Source: Ignavibacterium sp.
GTDB taxonomy: Bacteria; Bacteroidota; Ignavibacteria; Ignavibacteriales; Ignavibacteriaceae
Reading direction: 5' to 3'
DNA: 64,000 nucleotides
Assembly: GCF_039961615.1 (NCBI RefSeq)
Contig: NZ_JABRWE010000034.1
Span: 96,503 to 160,502, forward strand
The translations under genes and the position numbers were made by a program. This document shows, piece by piece, positions 9,540 to 17,332 of this stretch. Positions within the stretch are counted from its first letter, which is position 1. Every line of letters begins with the position of its first letter. The notes under the pieces are model-generated. The model was not told the origin of the DNA, made no database searches, and saw nothing but the letters and a program-made list of their open reading frames with translations.

Positions 9540-9902
9540 TTACTTTTCAAAAAAAAGTTTGAAAGCATAAAATAAAAGAAAAACTCCGAATACTTTTTTA
9601 ATAGTGTTCTCAGGAAGATTAACTGCAACCATTGATGAAAAATAACTTCCTATAATAAAAGCTATAATCAAAATAACCGCTGCCTTGATGTCGACCAGTC
9701 CGGATTTATAATAATTATAAGCAGCAAGTAAACCAATTGGAGGTAACAACATGGCTAATGAAGTTCCCTGAGCTTGTTTTTGCGAAAAATCTAGAAAATA
9801 GACCAAGGCGGGAATAACGATAATTCCTCCACCAATACCGAGAAATCCACTCATTACACCTGCCAATAAGCCAGTAATTAATAGGATTATGAAATACTGC
9901 AT
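9540..9902 (-). CDS. half-size TSUP (TauE/SafE) family membrane transporter
   Basis: The 120 aa product has about 4 predicted TM segments. GFLGIGGGIIVIPALV and AQGTSLA are characteristic of TauE/SafE, but full-length members are roughly twice as long. Confidence 0.7.
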   Translation of the reverse strand: MQYFIILLITGLLAGVMSGFLGIGGGIIVIPALVYFLDFSQKQAQGTSLAMLLPPIGLLAAYNYYKSGLVDIKAAVILIIAFIIGSYFSSMVAVNLPENTIKKVFGVFLLFYAFKLFFEK

Positions 9903-9998
9903 AGAAACTCCACTAAAAAAATTTTTGAATTTTTCCGAGAAACTTTTTTTTTCATTTATAATATAGTTGAGGGTTTAATAAATATAAATCAATCGCCT

Positions 9999-11174
9999 AT
10001 GAGACTCCTTAAAGAATTTTGCCGTATAAAATATTTCTTAATAACAAATCTTTTCTTTTTAATTCTATTTTCATTTCTTACTCCAATTATTCCTCAGAGC
10101 ATAAAAATAGTAAAAATTGAACAAGAGGAAGATTCAATTAAAATAGTATATAATTTAATTAGCCAGCGTGATCAGGATAGATATTATGTTGACTTTGAAG
10201 TATCAAGTAATGGGGGAATAAGTTATGTAATAAATCCTAAAGCATTGGAAGGGCAATTTGGTTACGGCATAAGTAGAGGCATAAATAAGATTGTTTATTG
10301 GAAACCCTTAGAGGAGAATTTAGAACTTATAGGAGAAGATTTTGTATTTAAAATAAATGCTACTTTTTTAGGAAGCGAAACAGATATGCAAATGATAACT
10401 TTCAGAGGGGGTTCATTCGATATGGGAGATGAATTTAATGAGGGAGAAGTTGATGAATTGCCGGTTCATAAAGTACAAATTGACGATTTCGAAATTGGAA
10501 AATATGAAGTTTCAAATTATCAATTTGCAAAATTTCTAAATGATTATGGCAGTAACTTTGTTAAATCTGGAGAATTTAAAGGTGAACGCCTATACTATCC
10601 AATTGAGAATGGATTAGTCCAGATAAATGATAAGTGGAAGCCGGTTGATGGTTTTGAATATTATCCAGTGACGGGGGTAACCTGGTATGGTGCAAATGAG
10701 TTTTGTAAATTTTATGGTTTTAGAATTCCCACAGAAGCTGAATGGGAGTATGCTGCGCGCTGTGGTGGTAAAAAAGTTCGTTATTCTTCAATTATTGATT
10801 CATCGGATACAAAATATTTTAACTATAATTCGTGGTTCCAATTCGACTCTCTAAAAAGTTCTAGTACTTTATCATTTTTAAAGACACAATCCCTTGGTGC
10901 TTATCCTCCCAATGATTGTGGTTTATTTCAGATGAGTGGAAATGTTTGGGAGTTTTGCCTCGATTGGTATGAGTGGAATTATTATTCTCAATCTGAAGTC
11001 GAAAATCCGGTAGGACCATTTCTTGGGAAATATAAGGTGATAAGGGGTGGTTCATTTACTTCATCTCAAAAAGGTATTAGAGTCTATGAGAGAAGTTATA
11101 TTTCTCCGGATTCATATGGAATTGATATTGGTTTCAGAGTTGCACGTTCGATTAAATTGGAGGAATCCAAATGA
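9999..11174 (+). CDS. exported FGE/SUMF1-like (formylglycine-generating-enzyme fold) protein lacking the catalytic Cys pair
   Basis: It has an N-terminal hydrophobic signal or anchor (ITNLFFLILFSFLTPIIPQS) and a beta-rich module of about 90 aa. The FGE-sulfatase motifs follow (GGSFDMGD, ELPVHKVQIDDFEIGKYEVSNYQF, GVTWYGANEFC, RIPTEAEWEYAAR, SGNVWEFCLDWY, VIRGGSF, GFRVARS). Where true FGEs have C-x4-C after RGGS, this protein has FTSSQKGIRVYER. Confidence 0.85.
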   Translation: MRLLKEFCRIKYFLITNLFFLILFSFLTPIIPQSIKIVKIEQEEDSIKIVYNLISQRDQDRYYVDFEVSSNGGISYVINPKALEGQFGYGISRGINKIVYWKPLEENLELIGEDFVFKINATFLGSETDMQMITFRGGSFDMGDEFNEGEVDELPVHKVQIDDFEIGKYEVSNYQFAKFLNDYGSNFVKSGEFKGERLYYPIENGLVQINDKWKPVDGFEYYPVTGVTWYGANEFCKFYGFRIPTEAEWEYAARCGGKKVRYSSIIDSSDTKYFNYNSWFQFDSLKSSSTLSFLKTQSLGAYPPNDCGLFQMSGNVWEFCLDWYEWNYYSQSEVENPVGPFLGKYKVIRGGSFTSSQKGIRVYERSYISPDSYGIDIGFRVARSIKLEESK

Positions 11175-12613
11175 AAAAATACTTTATAATATTTATAACA
11201 ATATTTTTGACATTTGATACTACTTTAATTATTCCCCAAATAAAGTTTTCTTCAAAAAGTGATTTAATTCGTTTAAATATCAAAGCTTTACCACCAGATA
11301 CAGTTCCACCAATATTATCAGTTAACTTACCTAATGTAAAAGAAGGTTTTGCAATAAATCATCGAGATTCGATTTTTTTTATAAACGGACTAGTTTCAGA
11401 TAACTTGGGAAAAACTAAAATATTTGTCAATAATAATTTTATCGGTACCTTTATAAATGGGCAATATTCAACATCTTTCCGACTAAATAGTGGCGAAAAT
11501 CATTTGACTATTACTGCTGTTGACAAAAGAAATAACAAGTATGAGAAAAGAATAAGAATAAATTATGATCCAAGAGCCGATGTAAATCCACCTCAACTAA
11601 AACTTCTTCCACCTTTTGAGCAGCTTAGCAGGGGAATACAAGTTATTCCAAAACCTACAAAAGATGAGAGTATTATTCTTAGAGGCAAATTTTTTGACGA
11701 GAATGAAATATCAGAAATTAAAGTCAACGATATTAACGTTGATTCAGTATTCGATGGTAATTTTTATTTTAATTTGGGTCCCGAACCCCCGGAATCTCTG
11801 GTAATCTATGCATCTGATATCTTTGGAAATTTTACTGAAATTACCGCTGTAATTAAGATTGAAGATCCAAGTACTACTTTAACTGAAATCAGTGAAGTTA
11901 AATACCATGCAATTTTAATTGGAGTCGAGGATTATGCCGATCAAAGAATAAATAATCTTGATTATCCGATCAGGGATATTGAAAATTTGAAAAAAGTTTT
12001 GATTGATAATTATCAATTCGAAAAGAATAATATTATTACTTTGAAAAATCCTAGGAGAACGGCAATAATATCTGCTTTTCAGAAGCTAAGAGAAAAGCTT
12101 ACTGAAAAAGATAATTTACTGATATTTTTTGCTGGTCACGGTTTTTTTGACTCAGACCAAGATATGGGGTATTGGTTACCATCAGATGCTGTTAAAGATG
12201 ACTATAGTAATTGGTTACCTAATAGCACAATAAGAGATTTTATAAGAGCTATAAACACTAAACATACTTTACTGATTTCGGATGCTTGTTTTGCTGGTTC
12301 AATTTTTAGCTCCAGAGAACCTTTTAGAGATGCATCCAGATCTATATTGGAGATCTATAAGGTCAAAAGCCGTAAAGCGATGACAAGTGGTGTAAAAAAT
12401 CAAAAAGTTCAGGACAGAAGCAAGTTTACAGAATACTTAATAAAGTTTTTATTGGAAAATAAAAATAAATTTTTAACAACCCAGGAACTTTTTACAAAAG
12501 TTCGCGCCGCATTATTAAACAACACCAAGATTTCTCAAACTCCGGAATATGGTAGTATTCCTTTTACAGGTGATGAAGGTCTTTCAGGTGACTTTATTTT
12601 TATTCATAACTGA
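11171..12613 (+). CDS. exported caspase-like peptidase (C14 family) with two N-terminal Ig-like repeats
   Basis: It has a signal peptide MKKYFIIFITIFLTFDTTLIIPQ and two modules of about 95 aa that start DTVPPIL and DVNPPQL. The caspase domain starts at YHAILIGVEDY. The catalytic His lies in FFAGHG (nt 12137-12139) and the catalytic Cys in LLISDACFAGS (nt 12287-12289). The start overlaps the upstream stop as ATGA. Confidence 0.85.
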   Translation: MKKYFIIFITIFLTFDTTLIIPQIKFSSKSDLIRLNIKALPPDTVPPILSVNLPNVKEGFAINHRDSIFFINGLVSDNLGKTKIFVNNNFIGTFINGQYSTSFRLNSGENHLTITAVDKRNNKYEKRIRINYDPRADVNPPQLKLLPPFEQLSRGIQVIPKPTKDESIILRGKFFDENEISEIKVNDINVDSVFDGNFYFNLGPEPPESLVIYASDIFGNFTEITAVIKIEDPSTTLTEISEVKYHAILIGVEDYADQRINNLDYPIRDIENLKKVLIDNYQFEKNNIITLKNPRRTAIISAFQKLREKLTEKDNLLIFFAGHGFFDSDQDMGYWLPSDAVKDDYSNWLPNSTIRDFIRAINTKHTLLISDACFAGSIFSSREPFRDASRSILEIYKVKSRKAMTSGVKNQKVQDRSKFTEYLIKFLLENKNKFLTTQELFTKVRAALLNNTKISQTPEYGSIPFTGDEGLSGDFIFIHN

Positions 12614-12615
12614 TT

Positions 12616-13362
12616 ATGAGGGTTAAAATGGAAATAAAAAATTATATAATAACCATTTTTGTCTTTCTATTAACTACATTTTTATATGCTCAAACCTCTG
12701 AGTATGGTAACTTGAAAATTTATAGTAGGGAACCCAATCTTTCTTCATTTGGCTATTATAGCGGGTCACATAAATTACCAAATGGAATTACTCCATCAAG
12801 AATTGATTATCATGGTATTTCTTATGCGACTGATTATGATATTACAAATATTGGAAATATTCTTATTAATAATTTTAGTGAAATTAGATTTACCTTAGAT
12901 GGGATTTTCAGAAGTGGGTTAGCAATGGGTTCAACTTCTATTGGTTCCGATGGAGAATTAGTATTCCCTCAAAATGAAATAAAATACTATCAAATTAATA
13001 TGGACTTTTTCACATTATCTATTAATCCAGAATATACTATAATTCTGAAGGATGGTTATGCTATCACAGCACATTTCGGAATAGATTTAGTAAATATCGG
13101 AGGAACAGTAGCAATACTCGACAAGGGTAAATTGGAAAATTATTCTGTGGGACAATTTAACTTAATTCCGTTAGCATTTAGACCAGCAATTTATTTTGAT
13201 TTTGGAAATTCAGGTTTAGGCATAGGTGCTTATATAAATCCGTCAAATATCTTATCATTTAGATATACATCAGAAAGCCTTTACCCCGACGATAAGTGGG
13301 GAGTCAAAACTTTTGATAATTTTTTTAGACGATATGAATTCCAAATCATATTTACATTCTGA
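12616..13362 (+). CDS. exported beta-strand-rich protein, probable outer-membrane beta-barrel
   Basis: It has a signal peptide ...FLLTTFLYAQ, alternating hydrophobic patterns throughout, and a C-terminal aromatic end ...YEFQIIFTF. No recognisable enzymatic motif was seen. Confidence 0.5.
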   Translation: MRVKMEIKNYIITIFVFLLTTFLYAQTSEYGNLKIYSREPNLSSFGYYSGSHKLPNGITPSRIDYHGISYATDYDITNIGNILINNFSEIRFTLDGIFRSGLAMGSTSIGSDGELVFPQNEIKYYQINMDFFTLSINPEYTIILKDGYAITAHFGIDLVNIGGTVAILDKGKLENYSVGQFNLIPLAFRPAIYFDFGNSGLGIGAYINPSNILSFRYTSESLYPDDKWGVKTFDNFFRRYEFQIIFTF

Positions 13363-15379
13363 ATTGGTTTTTGTTCTTCTGGGGTTTTTATTTCTCTGTG
13401 AAATTGGATTAGCACAGATAAATAATTCTGAAACCGATATCTCGGAATTGAAAAGACAATTGCAAGTGTTCAATGAGCAAAAGGACATGGCTTCTTGCCT
13501 GTCTCTTTTGGTAAAAATTCTCAGTCTTGACTCGAACGATTATCAAGCCCAAAAGCAGCTCAAATTAGTTTTTAAAAATCATTTTGACAAAATTTCAGCA
13601 GATGAAGAACTTATAAATTCGTGTGTTAGATTAATTAAAGACCCTTGTTCGTTACCTTTACTTGATTTGACTATACATTATATGAATGATAATAATATTT
13701 ATATGGTTCAAACATATTTGGAGAAAATTCAGTTTTGTGGATATAGTGTAACTGAAAAATCGCTCCTCAATTTGCTTAGACTTTACTCAAGTCTTTCACC
13801 TGAATTGCAACTAAATTTTTTCTCAATAATAAACGAGAAATCGGATAGTTTAATAAAAATATATTCGGCCTATATGGCTTATCAAGCTTTTGCTAATCCC
13901 GAAATTGGAATCTCTGGTATTTGTAAGACGATAGGCATCAAAATGGATAAGTTGAAAGATTATTTTATCCCAAGGATTGATTCAGTTACAATTTTTTTAA
14001 GTGAGAACTTATTAAACTTTGATATAAGAATTTTCAACCATTTTATTTATTCACTTAATCATGACAATGAAAAAGAAATTGATGAAGTGACTTTTCAAAA
14101 AATTAAAAATCTAAAGAATGAACTCTTTTTACATTATATTGATAACGATTTAGGATATTTGGAAAATTTCATCTCAGAATATAAGAACGAAGGTTTACCT
14201 TGGAAATTTTCCTATGAAGATATCAAAAAATTTTCAAGCATTTCTCCAAACTCATACTATCTACCTTTGCTTAAGATTATTTCTCAAAACTATTATTTAT
14301 CGGAAGATAACAATATAAAATATGATGTTGGAAAACTTTTTTTTGAAAATGGTTTGATTGATGAAAGTGAAAATGTTTTGAGCACATTAGATTTTAATCT
14401 CAAAAAGAAGATTAAGAATTCTGAGTTACTTCCTTTAATTTTTTCAAGTTATCTGTTAAATAAAGATTCTCTCTTTAAAGAGTTATCTAAAGATTTTTTA
14501 TTGAATGGGGATGAAGAGGATTTCAGAAAACTTAAAGAAGAATTAATCTGGTGGAGTAATAATAAAATAAAAATCGATTTTCTCGAGAAAGGTTTGGCAT
14601 TATTTTCTAATCAGAATTATGAAGTTGAGGTACATTCAAACCCCATCTTAGTAGATACATTTAATAGTGAAAAATCAAATTATTATGCTCTATTAATTGC
14701 TATTCAGGATTATGATGATGATAATCTAGACCTGAAATATCCAATAAAGGATGCTTTAGAGTTAAAAAGACTGCTGGTTGATTTATATTCCTTTGATGAG
14801 GGAAACATCATAACACTATTTAATTCACAAAGATCTGAAATTATTAAATCATTTTTGACCTTAAAGAATAAGCTAAATTCTTCAGACAATTTATTAGTTT
14901 TTTATGCTGGGCATGGAAATTGGGACGAGATAGCTGAACAAGGATACTGGTTACCGGCAGATTCCAAGCCGAATGATTTATCCCAAGTAATTACTAATAC
15001 TGAAATTACAGCATATATAAAAGCAATTAAATCAAAACATACTTTATTGATAAGCGATGCTTGTTTTAGTGGTAGCATCTTTAAGACCAGAGATGCATTC
15101 TTAGGTGAGTCGTATGATATTGACTATTATCAATCAAGAACTGCGCGAAAGGCAATTACGAGTGGTGCTTTAACACCTGTTCCTGATAAAAGTATATTCA
15201 TCTATTATTTGCTTAAAGCACTTCGTGAGAATAAGAAAAGTCATTTAACTTCTGAAGAATTGTTCTTAAACTTTAGGGAAGCAGTGATTAATAACAGTCC
15301 TTTAAATCAAAGACCTCTGTTCGGAAATATTAATGATACTGGAGATGAGGGCGGTGATTTTATTTTTATTAAAAAATAA
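13313..15379 (+). CDS. exported caspase-like peptidase (C14 family) with long helical N-terminal region
   Basis: The likely true start is Met8 (nt 13334), which gives the signal MNSKSYLHSELVFVLLGFLFLCEIGLAQ. A helical region of about 420 aa follows. The caspase domain starts at YYALLIAIQDY, with His in VFYAGHG (nt 14912-14914) and Cys in LLISDACFSGS (nt 15062-15064). The C-terminal tail TGDEGGDFIFI is shared with the 11171 protein. Confidence 0.85.
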   Translation: MIIFLDDMNSKSYLHSELVFVLLGFLFLCEIGLAQINNSETDISELKRQLQVFNEQKDMASCLSLLVKILSLDSNDYQAQKQLKLVFKNHFDKISADEELINSCVRLIKDPCSLPLLDLTIHYMNDNNIYMVQTYLEKIQFCGYSVTEKSLLNLLRLYSSLSPELQLNFFSIINEKSDSLIKIYSAYMAYQAFANPEIGISGICKTIGIKMDKLKDYFIPRIDSVTIFLSENLLNFDIRIFNHFIYSLNHDNEKEIDEVTFQKIKNLKNELFLHYIDNDLGYLENFISEYKNEGLPWKFSYEDIKKFSSISPNSYYLPLLKIISQNYYLSEDNNIKYDVGKLFFENGLIDESENVLSTLDFNLKKKIKNSELLPLIFSSYLLNKDSLFKELSKDFLLNGDEEDFRKLKEELIWWSNNKIKIDFLEKGLALFSNQNYEVEVHSNPILVDTFNSEKSNYYALLIAIQDYDDDNLDLKYPIKDALELKRLLVDLYSFDEGNIITLFNSQRSEIIKSFLTLKNKLNSSDNLLVFYAGHGNWDEIAEQGYWLPADSKPNDLSQVITNTEITAYIKAIKSKHTLLISDACFSGSIFKTRDAFLGESYDIDYYQSRTARKAITSGALTPVPDKSIFIYYLLKALRENKKSHLTSEELFLNFREAVINNSPLNQRPLFGNINDTGDEGGDFIFIKK

Positions 15380-16736
15380 GCTCATTTTATTGACATTATT
15401 CTTATTTCTGACTAATCTTTGTGTGGCTCAGAAATATTCGAGGGGATTAATATTGGAATCTGAAGATGAATTGACTGTACAAAGGTCTCCCACTCTTATT
15501 TTATCGGATTATTTTAATTTACCTAAATATATAACCCTGAAAAATTATTCTCCGGAACCAGGTGATCAAGGCCCATTCTCTACTTGTGGAGCTTGGGCAA
15601 CAGCATATTCTGCAAGAACAATATCATATCTAATTTCGAATAGAATAGAAACTATCGATAAGAAAGATTATTATTTTTCGCCCTCTTTTGTTTACAACCA
15701 ATTAAAAAAGGATACAATGTGCTTATCTGGAATATCTCTTAGAGAGGCACTGGATATTATTAAAAATAAAGGGTCGCTTTTTTATAAAGATTTTGATTAT
15801 TCTTGTGACAGGGTTGTCAGTTTAAGTGATTTAATCAAAGCAAAAAATTATGACATTTTAGATTATAGAGAGATTTTTTCACGAAATGATAAACTTAAAG
15901 TACTAAAAACAAAAAAAAGCGTTTCGGAATTTAAGCCGGTGATAATTGCCATGGCTTGCCCGATATCTTTTGAAAATGTTACGGATATATGGGAACCTAA
16001 ACCTGAGGATTACAAAAATTACCACAATGGACACGCTGTGGTAGTAACCGGATATGATGATGAAAAATATGGGGGTTCGTTTGAAGTATTGAACAGTTGG
16101 GGAAGTGAATGGGGAATAAATGGATATTGTTGGATAAAGTATAGAGATTTTGAACACTTTGTTTACAATGGCTATGAGTTAATTGAAAAAGTAAATTTAA
16201 CAAATATCAATGATGTATATAATGGTTCGATTTATCTAAAACTACTTGATAGCAGTTTAATGGAATTTGAAAAAGTAAATGGAATTATTTGTTCAAAAAA
16301 TGCTTATCCTCCCAAAACACAGTTCGAAATTTTTATAACAAATAACACACCTTGCTACATTTATTGCTTTGCCATTGATGATCAAAAAAATTTTACAAAA
16401 ATTTTCCCGAAAGATTCATTAATAAATAACATATTCCCTTATAGGAAAAGTACACTACCTATCCCTGACGAATTTCACTTTTTAGAACTTGATGATAAAG
16501 GGACAGAAGATTACATATTTATCTTACTTTCCAAAAGACCTGTTGATCTTTCTGATTTAACCCAAAAAATGTTATCTGATAAGAAAGGGATTAGTGAAAT
16601 AATATTAAAACTTCTTGCAAAAAGCGACAATCAATTATCCGCTTTTATTAACTCTGATAATAAAATATTATTTAGCTCAATTGCAAATTTTGATATAATG
16701 TCTCCAATAGTATTTAAGATAAAGAAAAGAAGGTAG
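15333..16736 (+). CDS. exported papain-like cysteine peptidase (C1 family) fused to a DUF4384-like C-terminal domain
   Basis: The signal is ...LFLFLTNLCVAQ. Gln79 and Cys85 lie in DQGPFSTCGAWATAYS with papain Q-to-C spacing (Cys codon nt 15585-15587). His234 lies in NGHAVVVTGYDD and Asn254 in LNSWGSEWGINGYCWIKY. The C-terminal part FEIFITNNTPCYIYCFAIDDQKNFTKIFP...LPIPDEFHFLELDDKGTEDYIFILLS matches the DUF4384 pattern. Confidence 0.8.
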   Translation: MILEMRAVILFLLKNKLILLTLFLFLTNLCVAQKYSRGLILESEDELTVQRSPTLILSDYFNLPKYITLKNYSPEPGDQGPFSTCGAWATAYSARTISYLISNRIETIDKKDYYFSPSFVYNQLKKDTMCLSGISLREALDIIKNKGSLFYKDFDYSCDRVVSLSDLIKAKNYDILDYREIFSRNDKLKVLKTKKSVSEFKPVIIAMACPISFENVTDIWEPKPEDYKNYHNGHAVVVTGYDDEKYGGSFEVLNSWGSEWGINGYCWIKYRDFEHFVYNGYELIEKVNLTNINDVYNGSIYLKLLDSSLMEFEKVNGIICSKNAYPPKTQFEIFITNNTPCYIYCFAIDDQKNFTKIFPKDSLINNIFPYRKSTLPIPDEFHFLELDDKGTEDYIFILLSKRPVDLSDLTQKMLSDKKGISEIILKLLAKSDNQLSAFINSDNKILFSSIANFDIMSPIVFKIKKRR

Positions 16737-16738
16737 AT

Positions 16739-17332
16739 ATGTATTTAATCATAATTTCAACAATAATTCTGTTGAATATGTGTTATTTACAACTTTCATT
16801 TTTGCAAAATAATTCATTGAATAGAACTAATTTAATAGTTCAAGTTGATTTAATTATATATGGTGGTAATGGAAAGTTCAGACTTGCTAAAAATTTTGAT
16901 AAAATAAATACAAGTGAAAAATTTCAATTTATTGTTAGATCGAATTCCGATGTTCGATTGATTATGATAAATAAATCTTTAAAAGATTGTAAGATTTTGA
17001 CGAATGTTTATATCAACTCTAATAGAAATTATTATTTACCAAGTCCAAAAGAATTTTTTGTATTTGATGGCTCTAACAAGACTGAAGAAATCAGTTTAGT
17101 AATATTCAAAAGAGAATTTAAACTTTATGACATATTATTAAAACCCACATTGAATTGTGAAGAAAAATGGAAATTAATTGATGATCAGTTTAATGAGTTT
17201 TTTACAATTAAAAGCAAACCTGTACCTCCAATCCTCCAATTAAGTGGTAATATACGTACTTCTGAATTATCTGAAGAATTAGAGGTAAGTAATGCTTTGA
17301 TAAAGAAGTATTTATTTGATGTTAACAAATAA
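16739..17332 (+). CDS. exported DUF4384-like protein (paralogue of the C-terminal domain of the preceding peptidase)
   Basis: It has an N-terminal hydrophobic signal. FQFIVRSNSDVRLIMINKS...YYLPSPKEFFVFDGSNKTEEISLVIF aligns by eye with FEIFITNNTPCYIYCFAID...STLPIPDEFHFLELDDKGTEDYIFILL of the upstream protein. Confidence 0.55.
   Translation: MYLIIISTIILLNMCYLQLSFLQNNSLNRTNLIVQVDLIIYGGNGKFRLAKNFDKINTSEKFQFIVRSNSDVRLIMINKSLKDCKILTNVYINSNRNYYLPSPKEFFVFDGSNKTEEISLVIFKREFKLYDILLKPTLNCEEKWKLIDDQFNEFFTIKSKPVPPILQLSGNIRTSELSEELEVSNALIKKYLFDVNK

Noticed and set aside
9407-9628. A 73-aa minus-strand ORF overlapping the duplicated terminator and the 3' end of the TSUP gene.
   Set aside because: It overlaps a better-supported gene in another frame and includes the terminator hairpin, and its sequence is low-complexity.
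9925-9962. A sigma70-like promoter (TTGAAT at 9925-9930 with TATAAT at 9957-9962) upstream of the operon.
   Set aside because: The spacing between the hexamers is about 26 nt, far from the 16-18 nt optimum. Such hexamers occur by chance in AT-rich DNA, and promoter consensus in this lineage may differ.
9999-11174. Annotation as a genuine sulfatase-maturating enzyme.
   Set aside because: The catalytic Cys pair is absent (GGSFTSSQKGIRVYER) and no sulfatase gene is nearby.
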